Positions 35,820 to 43,447 of a DNA stretch of 64,000 bases are shown in pieces (positions within the stretch are counted from its first letter, which is position 1; the number at the start of each line of letters is the position of its first letter). Origin of the DNA: a virus (Duplodnaviria; Heunggongvirae; Uroviricota; Caudoviricetes); the IMG/VR virus record IMGVR_UViG_3300034279_001376, positions 44,776 to 108,775 of that record. One strand, given 5' to 3'. The notes beneath the pieces were generated by a model, which did no database searches, was not told the origin of the DNA, and saw nothing but the letters and a program-made list of their open reading frames with translations. The position numbers were made by a program, and so were the translations under genes.

Positions 35820-36405
35820 TATGAGTGGAATTGAAACCAACGAATTATACTCAGAATACTACACCGTCCATCAGGCATTAAGATTCTGGAAGATGTAGTT
35901 TTACAAAGATTGAAGTTTTACTATTTACACGGCAAAACATTGAGCCGGATACTTAATGTGGGGCTTAGTCACGCACCAACACAAAAGGAGTTGGAACTGT
36001 ATCAAAATATTAACCTTGAATTGACAAGGTGTTCATACCTAATTATCCGACTTGTTGTTGGGTTCTAATAGGTGGGTAAGTTGAACGGAGTAATCCTAGA
36101 CACACTTTTCCCTTGAGAAAGGAAACCATGTCTTGAAAGAGTAAGCATGTACTCTTAAAGTGTGAATGAGCCAATATCCGTGAGGACTTGGGTACGAAAG
36201 TATTTCTCAGCAAGTAGTAACAAACACTAAAATTGAAGTTATGACCTCTTAATTAAAGTCGTTACAGTGAAAATTATTATTACGTGACCCTAACTTACAG
36301 CAATGCAATGGTAGCATTGTATAATACACTAATCCGCATTTGTATTTATATTTATACAAGGAAACGAAAAAGGGTGTAAGAGGGTGCTAAAACAAACAAA
36401 AATTA
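35820..36405. ncRNA. ORF-free, GC-richer ~590-bp region; candidate structured ncRNA
   Basis: No ORF of 60 aa or more on either strand. Shares an atggtagca(t)t-like motif with region 32571-32590 (a tggtag D-loop-like motif). Directly precedes a KxFW-family gene. Confidence 0.25.
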
Positions 36406-36408
36406 ATT

Positions 36409-36702
36409 ATGAAACTAAACAAGGAATTTTGGGAGCAGGTTTTAAGTGACTATGAGCATTACACAAATGACAGAAATTCACTAATAACCACTATTTGCGG
36501 AGCCTCTAAACTTTTTGAGGAGGCTTGGGAAAAACAAAGAGAAGAAATCCGAGCATTAGCAAAAGAATTTCTTGATTATTATTGCATAACTAATGTAGAA
36601 TTAGGAGTAAATTTATTGTTTGTAAATAACCCTTATTCTTATGAAGTTGCAATAAAAACAAGAAAAGACTTTTTAAATTATGCAATTCAAAATGCACAAT
36701 AA
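36409..36702 (+). CDS. small protein, 'KxFW' family member 4
   Basis: 97 aa with ATG start. MKLNKEFWEQVLSDYEH...ICGASKLFEEAWEK. Confidence 0.55.
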   Translation: MKLNKEFWEQVLSDYEHYTNDRNSLITTICGASKLFEEAWEKQREEIRALAKEFLDYYCITNVELGVNLLFVNNPYSYEVAIKTRKDFLNYAIQNAQ

Positions 36703-37009
36703 GGAATTTTGGCTAAAAGTTCAGAAAGAGTACTTGGAGTGGTTAGAACTTGAAAGTACTATTAAAGACCAGTATGCAATTCATATTTGTTCAGGTTCTA
36801 AAACATTTGACGAATATTATAGTCAAAGTTCTATTACAGAACAAGAGCCTTTAAGAGAAGCAGCAAGAAAGTTTCTCAATCAATCTAAGTACAAGAAAAC
36901 GAAAATAGGGTATGTTTCCTTGTTTTCAATAGTAGGCAAAACAAAAGAAAATAACATTGAAATCCGAAAAGATTTTTTAAACTTTATGATAAATTATGCT
37001 AACGATTAA
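36680..37009 (+). CDS. small protein, 'KxFW' family member 5
   Basis: 109 aa with ATG start. MQFKMHNKEFWLKVQKEYLEW...ICSGSKTFDEYY. Tandem with member 4. Confidence 0.55.
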   Translation: MQFKMHNKEFWLKVQKEYLEWLELESTIKDQYAIHICSGSKTFDEYYSQSSITEQEPLREAARKFLNQSKYKKTKIGYVSLFSIVGKTKENNIEIRKDFLNFMINYAND

Positions 37010-37256
37010 AAAACTGTTGAGAGAAGCCTTTGAAATGGGCAAATTGGGTGCTACGGATGAACAATTCCAAGAATGGTATGAACTTCAAGGTGACACTAAC
37101 AAAATCATTGAAGCATCTACTAATTATGTAGAAACCCGGCTGAATATTACAATTTCAAGTCAAACAAAAACCACTCATCAAAAAAATGTAATTATAGGTG
37201 GTACAATTACGGCCCCAAATGGTTTTCATTTAGGGGACACAATAATAAACAAATAA
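36996..37256 (+). CDS. small hypothetical protein
   Basis: 86 aa ORF with ATG start. Confidence 0.45.
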   Translation: MLTIKKLLREAFEMGKLGATDEQFQEWYELQGDTNKIIEASTNYVETRLNITISSQTKTTHQKNVIIGGTITAPNGFHLGDTIINK

Positions 37257-37260
37257 AACT

Positions 37261-37554
37261 ATGAAAAAATTACTCTTAGGCTTATGCTTGTGCCTAACAA
37301 GCCTGCTTTATTCCCAGACAGGTAGTAATGAATACTCAGAAGCCTGTTTTAAATCAGGTCATCTATTTATTGAAACTCCATATTCAAGTGTAATGCTTGA
37401 ATGTGAGGCACGTGAGAGGTATGAAATGAAAAAGTGTTATCTTAATTACACTTTTTTTCGCCATGGTATTCCAGTGGCTCAAATTGCTGATGGAGAGTTG
37501 ATACTGTATAACACCCATCTTTATTGGGGACAACCTACACAATCATCAAAATGA
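37261..37554 (+). CDS. secreted small protein (signal peptide)
   Basis: MKKLLLGLCLCLTSLLYSQ signal peptide. 97 aa. Confidence 0.5.
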   Translation: MKKLLLGLCLCLTSLLYSQTGSNEYSEACFKSGHLFIETPYSSVMLECEARERYEMKKCYLNYTFFRHGIPVAQIADGELILYNTHLYWGQPTQSSK

Positions 37555-38681
37555 ACCTAACAAATCATCAAGAAGAGGTTGTGCAGTCCGTGAGAAACCA
37601 TCTTACGGACTGCTGTCTTATAGGCCGCAGTGGAGTTGGAAAATCCACCTGTTTAAAAGCAGTTATTGAAGGAATACCAGATATAATTCTTGCAGCACCT
37701 ACTCATACAGCAGCAGCAAAGGTGTGGGAAACCACCGGGAAGTATTGTGTAACAAATGCTTCTCTTCTTGGTAAGAAACAAGAGAGGGATTTTACCACAG
37801 GAGAAGTTTTCTTTAATCCTGCTGATTTCGTAGAGACTAAAAGATATTACATAGTCATTGATGAGGCAGGAATGCTTACGCAGAAAGATTACTTGAAGTT
37901 AAAATCCAATTACCCTAATGCAAGATTTCTCTTCGTGGGGGATAAAGGTCAACTGCCTCCAATTGGAGATGAGAATTTTTGTATTTTTGACCACTTGCCT
38001 TGTTATGAATTATTGGTGAACATGAGATGTGGTCAAGGTAATGCACTATTTGACTTGATCGAATTGGTGTATGAAACTCCAGCAGATGAAATTTCTGAAA
38101 TTAAGTTTGATTTTAAAGACAACGTAATTGAAATCAATCAAAGCATGCTGACTACGGATGATTTGGTTTTGACTTACACACGAAACACACGGAAAACTTA
38201 CAACACACTAATTAGAGGAAATTCCCCAATTAGCACAGAGACTAAATTTGTTGCAGACGAGAATATTTGCTACGACAAGCAGATAGGGAAATTTTTATTG
38301 AAGAATGGTAAGACTTTTTTTCCGCTTAAAGTGGAAGAAAAAAAGATCAAAATCCAAGGAAAAAATGTTTTGAACCGAGTTTTGACTCTAAAAAGTTTTA
38401 AGGAGTTTAAAGTCAACTACTTGGAAGACAGAACAGTTTTAGATGCTTACATGAAAAAACTGGCAGACCAGAAATTATGGAGGGAGTATTTCAAAATGAA
38501 AGATTTATACCCGGAGGTTGATTTAGCGTATGCTATGACTACCCATAAGTCACAAGGGCAGACTTTTCAATCACCAACAGTAGATCTTTTGGACATTCTT
38601 AAAATAGGTGATCCTTTACTCAGGAAGAAGTGTTTATATGTAGCCCTTAGTAGAGCCTCAGAATCTTTAAAAATTATATGA
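37551..38681 (+). CDS. SF1 Dda/RecD-like DNA helicase
   Basis: Walker A GRSGVGKST; Walker B YIVIDEAGM; C-terminal ...THKSQGQTF... and ...ALSRASESLKII, typical of Dda/RecD/Pif1-like helicases. The table start 37524 is TTG; the ATG at 37551 forms an ATGA overlap with the upstream gene. Confidence 0.7.
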   Translation: MNLTNHQEEVVQSVRNHLTDCCLIGRSGVGKSTCLKAVIEGIPDIILAAPTHTAAAKVWETTGKYCVTNASLLGKKQERDFTTGEVFFNPADFVETKRYYIVIDEAGMLTQKDYLKLKSNYPNARFLFVGDKGQLPPIGDENFCIFDHLPCYELLVNMRCGQGNALFDLIELVYETPADEISEIKFDFKDNVIEINQSMLTTDDLVLTYTRNTRKTYNTLIRGNSPISTETKFVADENICYDKQIGKFLLKNGKTFFPLKVEEKKIKIQGKNVLNRVLTLKSFKEFKVNYLEDRTVLDAYMKKLADQKLWREYFKMKDLYPEVDLAYAMTTHKSQGQTFQSPTVDLLDILKIGDPLLRKKCLYVALSRASESLKII

Positions 38682-38944
38682 ACTTTGTAATTAACCAACA
38701 AGCGTATTTAGTTTGTGACATTTTATGGCTTGTACTAAGTGTTTCGATACTTTTTATGTACCTTATTTCTAAAGTAAAAAAGAAGCCATTTCACAAATCT
38801 GTCAGTGTTCACTCAGTGGATGATTTTACAGCAATGTTAATTCTTTACGGGACTGGGTTTTTTCTTTTTCATTTTATTCAGGGGATTTGGTATGCTCTTT
38901 TATTACTTTTAAAAATATTTGGATGTTTCTTATATTTTCAATAA
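38678..38944 (+). CDS. small membrane protein (paralog pair, copy 1)
   Basis: 88 aa with TM helices and a KKKPFHKS motif. Confidence 0.5.
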   Translation: MNFVINQQAYLVCDILWLVLSVSILFMYLISKVKKKPFHKSVSVHSVDDFTAMLILYGTGFFLFHFIQGIWYALLLLLKIFGCFLYFQ

Positions 38945-39132
38945 TAGTCTTATGTGTTTACATAATGGCTAAACTTAGCAATACACCATTTAAGGACATT
39001 TTAGACTACCCATCTCTAATTCCAGATTATTTAAACCCTGCGTTTATATTGTATGGGGTAATGACAGTGGTTTATCACGTTGTTTATTGTGGTTCAATTA
39101 TTATTTTTCAAATTATAAATTTTCTAATTTAA
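38923..39132 (+). CDS. small membrane protein (paralog pair, copy 2)
   Basis: The table start 38887 is TTG. The ATG at 38923 gives MFLIFSIIVLCVYIMAKLSNTPFKD...ILYG..., paralogous to copy 1. Confidence 0.4.
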   Translation: MFLIFSIIVLCVYIMAKLSNTPFKDILDYPSLIPDYLNPAFILYGVMTVVYHVVYCGSIIIFQIINFLI

Positions 39133-39824
39133 TGAATCAATATCAAAAATTAATTGCAGCAGGTAAAATCCAAGAGTGTATTGACGCATTCCTTGAAATG
39201 GATGGCGATGTATATGAACAAACTATTCTTTTATCTGCTCGCTGGGTAAGGAATGAAGAATCAAATTTAAGGGGGTTACTTGATCCTAGGGATTATACTG
39301 TTGCAAGAAACCAAATTGTTAGGGCTTTAACTCATATAGCATTTGGTATAAAAGGTTTTAGTGTTGTGAGCACTACAAGTGCAAAGTCTGAAATTAGTAG
39401 TCAATATACTCGTGAAAATATTATAGTTTTAATCCAGCATTTTTCTCGAAGAAACCCAGAAGCATCTGAACAGTTTGAACAATGTCTCGCAGAGTTTGAC
39501 TCTTATCAAAAGGCTAAAACTCAATTTGCAGGGTATGATGCTACTGGCAGGCAAAGAGTAAAAATGCAGACTGATTTTGAAATTCTCTACAACAATGCAG
39601 TAAATGCTAAAGCAGATAACTTCGAGGAAGAGATCACTCAGATTCAAAAATTAATTTCTGCAAGGGTTCCAACTGTTCAAGATCTAACTACTGCTTACGC
39701 AATAGCATCAGGTTTGGGATATAGGAATTCAGAGTTAGAACGACTGCTTGAGTTACCAGTGCACACAAATGAAACTCGTATTAAAATCACCGAGGCTTTA
39801 GAAGCCTACTTAAAATCACTTTAA
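39132..39824 (+). CDS. hypothetical protein
   Basis: The table start 39087 is TTG. The ATG at 39132 (MNQYQKLIAAG...) forms a TAATG junction with the upstream gene. Confidence 0.5.
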   Translation: MNQYQKLIAAGKIQECIDAFLEMDGDVYEQTILLSARWVRNEESNLRGLLDPRDYTVARNQIVRALTHIAFGIKGFSVVSTTSAKSEISSQYTRENIIVLIQHFSRRNPEASEQFEQCLAEFDSYQKAKTQFAGYDATGRQRVKMQTDFEILYNNAVNAKADNFEEEITQIQKLISARVPTVQDLTTAYAIASGLGYRNSELERLLELPVHTNETRIKITEALEAYLKSL

Positions 39825-40168
39825 TGTATAAACTACTAATTTTAATTTTGTTGGTTAGTTGCCAGCAAACACCCAAGGTTACAGAAATTCCTACGGTAGT
39901 AAACACAGATACTTTTACAGTTCATTCAGCAGTGCATGGGGCTTTGTATTTTGGATTAAAAGTACAATCAATAGTAAGAATTTCTTCAACTGGTGCTTCT
40001 GCACACATTTTAGTCAAGCAAGGAGACAGAACTATTGTAGACGACTATTTTATCAGGGGTACAAATGATTGCTGGCCTGTTGATGAAGACTCAAAAATAG
40101 AACGCATTTGGTTTGAGCCTTTTACCATAATCTATAAGGATGGGGCTGAGCATCAATTCACTTATTAA
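39824..40168 (+). CDS. putative lipoprotein
   Basis: MYKLLILILLVSCQQT is a signal peptide with a lipobox Cys. 114 aa. Confidence 0.55.
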   Translation: MYKLLILILLVSCQQTPKVTEIPTVVNTDTFTVHSAVHGALYFGLKVQSIVRISSTGASAHILVKQGDRTIVDDYFIRGTNDCWPVDEDSKIERIWFEPFTIIYKDGAEHQFTY

Positions 40169-40180
40169 ACATTTTTAAAT

Positions 40181-40489
40181 ATGAAAAATTTAATTTTAGC
40201 AGTATTATGTCTATTTTCAGTCTCTGTATTTTCTCAAAAAGTGGAAATAACCGGACAGAGAGATGGATTACCTCTCTATAAAGTGGTAAAAGATCTTTAT
40301 AAAGACTCTAAACTCGTAGGAACTTTGCAAAGCAACACAATTCCCTCTGTGGAATACAAAGTGTATCAAAAAACAAAACCTAACAAAAAGGGAATTAGAA
40401 CCTGTTTTTATCTCGCTATCAGAGAGGAAAGCACTAAAACTCAAGCAATAGGTGAACCATACAGAAAAACTTGTTTATGCCCAAACTAA
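40181..40489 (+). CDS. secreted small protein (signal peptide)
   Basis: MKNLILAVLCLFSVSVFSQ signal peptide. 102 aa. Confidence 0.5.
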   Translation: MKNLILAVLCLFSVSVFSQKVEITGQRDGLPLYKVVKDLYKDSKLVGTLQSNTIPSVEYKVYQKTKPNKKGIRTCFYLAIREESTKTQAIGEPYRKTCLCPN

Positions 40490-40738
40490 ACAGAACGTTA
40501 CTATTAGAACTGTTTTTGACGGTTCTGATTGTGATTTATTTGGGTGTGAAATGGGAGCAAGCAGGCACGGTAGGAACTAATTTCTTATCGTTGCTTGCTT
40601 GTGAACTCATGTTAGTAATGTATCTGGACACAAAAAAACAACAAAACTGAATTTCTATGATAACACATGAAAGGAAGGTTCGAGGATTTTCCTCAAGGTG
40701 TAATCATAGAAGTGAAAGTGACCGTTAAATGATTCCCC

Positions 40739-40767
40739 GCACTTGGGTTAAGGTGCATTTATTTTTT
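40739..40767 (+). terminator. short hairpin (gcac-N10-gtgc) followed by a long T-run (atttatttttt)
   Basis: Weak 4-bp stem but a strong U-tract. Lies at the end of the ~300-bp ORF-free stretch (40490-40793) that also has the hairpin cagaac...gttctg at 40491-40527. Confidence 0.35.
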
Positions 40768-40793
40768 ATCTTTAATTTTTAAATTTTAAACGC

Positions 40794-41108
40794 ATGACAG
40801 ATATAATTTTTTATTTTATGATAGTCCTAATTGGATTTATCCTTGGTTTTCTTGCTAACAAGAAAAAACAAACTGTACAAGAAACTATTCTTGAAACTGT
40901 TAATGTCACAGCAAATGCTCAAATAAAGACCTCACTTGAGGCTGTATTTCAGCATTTTACTGCCCTAATCATTAAAAGTGAACCAGAAGAGGCTGAAAGG
41001 TACACAGACATTTTAGCCCAGAAAATAAAACATTTCACAAAAGTGCAATCTGGGCTTGAGCGCATAGATAAAACTTTTAACAACATCAATGATTATGGCC
41101 AACAATAG
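40794..41108 (+). CDS. small membrane protein (holin-like candidate by position)
   Basis: 104 aa with an N-terminal TM helix (IIFYFMIVLIGFILGFLA), immediately upstream of the glucosaminidase gene. Confidence 0.4.
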   Translation: MTDIIFYFMIVLIGFILGFLANKKKQTVQETILETVNVTANAQIKTSLEAVFQHFTALIIKSEPEEAERYTDILAQKIKHFTKVQSGLERIDKTFNNINDYGQQ

Positions 41109-41787
41109 TCTTATCCCGTATAATCCACCTCAGAAAAATTGGAAAGAAATCTTGAAATCAAAACTGAATTTCAAGATAAATTACAATTATGTGTCTGTAT
41201 GTTCATTTATTGGAGTACTTTTGCTTGCTGCTACTGGTAGATTTTGGCATGATACATCAGTAAACCCAACAATTCCAGTTACAAAAACAGCAACTTTAAT
41301 AACTGCTGATGATGTTAAGCCTTACGTACCAGATACTGATGATTTTAATGTTTTAGCAAAGGCTTACATAAAAAATTACAGTGGGCTGGCTCAAGAGCAA
41401 CAAGCAAAATATAAAATCCCAGCAAGCATAACTCTTGCTCAAGGATTAATAGAAGGAAAAGCAGGAACTAGTAAATTGGCTAAAGGCAACAATAACCATT
41501 TTGGGATGAAATGTTTTTCTCGAAATTGTCGAAAAGGGCATTGCACAAATCACAAAGATGACAGCCATAAAGATTTTTTCAGAAAATACAAAAATGTTAG
41601 AGAAAGTTTTGAGGCTCACTCTCAGTTATTAAGCAAAAAAGGTTACGCAAAACTTAAAAAATACGGTAATGATTACCGTAAATATGCTTATGGTTTAAAA
41701 TCTTGTGGTTATGCAACGGATAAAACATACGCTGAAAAACTCATTGGTGTCATTGAAAAATATGATCTCCACCGATTTGATAAATGA
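41089..41787 (+). CDS. peptidoglycan hydrolase, glucosaminidase (FlgJ/LytD-like) family, with N-terminal TM/signal-anchor
   Basis: ITLAQGLIEGKAGTSKLAKGNNNHFGMK matches the Glucosaminidase-domain motif (aQa..ESgwG.S.LA...NN.FGiK). N-terminal hydrophobic VSVCSFIGVLLLAATG. Candidate SAR-type endolysin. Confidence 0.6.
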   Translation: MIMANNSLIPYNPPQKNWKEILKSKLNFKINYNYVSVCSFIGVLLLAATGRFWHDTSVNPTIPVTKTATLITADDVKPYVPDTDDFNVLAKAYIKNYSGLAQEQQAKYKIPASITLAQGLIEGKAGTSKLAKGNNNHFGMKCFSRNCRKGHCTNHKDDSHKDFFRKYKNVRESFEAHSQLLSKKGYAKLKKYGNDYRKYAYGLKSCGYATDKTYAEKLIGVIEKYDLHRFDK

Positions 41788-41856
41788 AAACTGGGAGTTG
41801 CTAGTATTAGTGGCTCCCTTTATTTTCATGCTCATAGCGGGCTTAATTCAATTATT

Positions 41857-42330
41857 ATGCTAAAACATCTTATTTTTCTAATCTTTTTAAGTGGCAAAAT
41901 TCAGGAAGAAATCATTCCTGAATACGCCTTAAATGAAATAGATATAGTCTATTATAAACCTGAAAAAAACATTTTTCATGCTGATTCCGTAAAGGCTTTA
42001 GCCATGTTAATCAACAGAGAATGCCCAGAATGTACTTTTGATGAAAAAGTACACGTGGCTTCTTGTGTGGTTACTGGCTCTAAATCCTTGGGAGTTACTT
42101 GGAAAGTGTATCTGTTTGAAAAGAAACAGTTTTGGGGTTTTAAACACCCAAAAATAGAATACAGGGATACTCCTGAACACAAGCAAAATCTTATGGCCTC
42201 TATTGAGGCTTGGAAAAACCCTTATAGGGTTAGATTTTATGCTTCAAATCAGGACACAAAAACGCACTTTAATAAAGTGCAAAGAAAAGGTTACAAGAAG
42301 AAAGGGTTTTATCATCATTTCACATATTAA
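41857..42330 (+). CDS. hypothetical protein
   Basis: 157 aa ORF with ATG start. Confidence 0.5.
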   Translation: MLKHLIFLIFLSGKIQEEIIPEYALNEIDIVYYKPEKNIFHADSVKALAMLINRECPECTFDEKVHVASCVVTGSKSLGVTWKVYLFEKKQFWGFKHPKIEYRDTPEHKQNLMASIEAWKNPYRVRFYASNQDTKTHFNKVQRKGYKKKGFYHHFTY

Positions 42331-42353
42331 TTTTAATTTTTAAACTATTTTTT

Positions 42354-42821
42354 ATGAAAGTTCAAATTTCAATCACAGAAGTTTCCGTGTACCCATTGAC
42401 CAGTAAAGTAACTGGTAACGTGCAAAACCGTGTTAGAATTGCAGGAGTAGATGCTAAAGGTAATGAAGTCATTGCAAACGTAAGCCAACGACAGTTTGCA
42501 AACAACAATGAAGGAAACCCAAAAGATTATCAAGGAGGCACTGCAACAGTACAATTCTATGAAAAAGGAGATGAGATGGTAGGAGGACAAATCTGTTCAC
42601 AGTCTGGAAAGATTGTAGTAAATCTTAGTTGCGTAAAATCTATGGAAACTCGTGTTATTGAGCAAATGAGCAATCAAATGGCGCAATTGATGCTTACTAA
42701 AATGGGTCTTGGTAGCAATTTAATCACTATTCAAGGTACACCAGTTTCTCAAGCACCAGTAAAAGAAGAAGTAGAAGAAGAAAGTGACCTAGTACCAGAG
42801 GACTTCCAAGAAAAGATGTAA
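42354..42821 (+). CDS. hypothetical protein with acidic C-terminal tail
   Basis: 155 aa with ATG start. C-terminus ...EEVEEESDLVPEDFQEKM. Confidence 0.5.
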   Translation: MKVQISITEVSVYPLTSKVTGNVQNRVRIAGVDAKGNEVIANVSQRQFANNNEGNPKDYQGGTATVQFYEKGDEMVGGQICSQSGKIVVNLSCVKSMETRVIEQMSNQMAQLMLTKMGLGSNLITIQGTPVSQAPVKEEVEEESDLVPEDFQEKM

Positions 42822-42878
42822 TTAAAATTTCTTAATAAAATCTAGACATTAATTTGTCTAGCCTAAAAATCTAAACTT

Positions 42879-43370
42879 ATGCACAGCACAACACACATTT
42901 TATTGTTGCTCCTTCAAAATGGAGGAGAACAAGTAGAATATAATAATGGCACGTTTACTTTCAAGCCAAGCACTCAAGATATTAAAAATCTTGAAAACTT
43001 AGGTCTTCTCCAGCAAGGAAGTAGGAAATTGACTGCCTATGGCAGGACTTACCGCCCTGTTACAGATCCTAACAAACTTTCAAATTCTGGATTAAACCTT
43101 GCAATCCGTGGAGGACTTGAGGTTGCCACTAAAAAAATGGGCTATGGTAAATTTACTGCACAAGATGCCACCTTAGAAGCAATTGCAAACTTTGTAGATG
43201 TTTCTAATAATGCTCTAGTAAGTAATGAAGCATATCTCAACAACTTTGATGGAGTGCCAGAAGAAATTGGAGAAGGTGTACAAGCAGCAGCAGTTGAAAT
43301 ACTTGAGGATGTGAAGAAAACAGAAGAAGTAAAACCAAAAAGAGGAAGAAAGAAAAAAACAGAAGTATAA
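42879..43370 (+). CDS. hypothetical protein with basic C-terminal tail
   Basis: 163 aa with ATG start. C-terminus KPKRGRKKKTEV. Confidence 0.5.
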   Translation: MHSTTHILLLLLQNGGEQVEYNNGTFTFKPSTQDIKNLENLGLLQQGSRKLTAYGRTYRPVTDPNKLSNSGLNLAIRGGLEVATKKMGYGKFTAQDATLEAIANFVDVSNNALVSNEAYLNNFDGVPEEIGEGVQAAAVEILEDVKKTEEVKPKRGRKKKTEV

Positions 43371-43383
43371 GAGTAATCATATG

Positions 43384-43415
43384 TCTAGCAGTATTGGGAA
43401 ACCAGTATTGCTAGA
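43384..43415 (+). promoter_or_regulatory. 14-bp stem hairpin capped by a GAAA tetraloop, upstream of the DNA polymerase gene
   Basis: tctagcagtattgg-gaaa-ccagtattgctaga has 12 Watson-Crick pairs plus 2 G-U. Lies 33 nt before the polA ATG and is followed by an A-run rather than a T-run. Confidence 0.5.
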
Positions 43416-43447
43416 CTAAGATAAAAAAATTTCTGGACGGACTAAAT

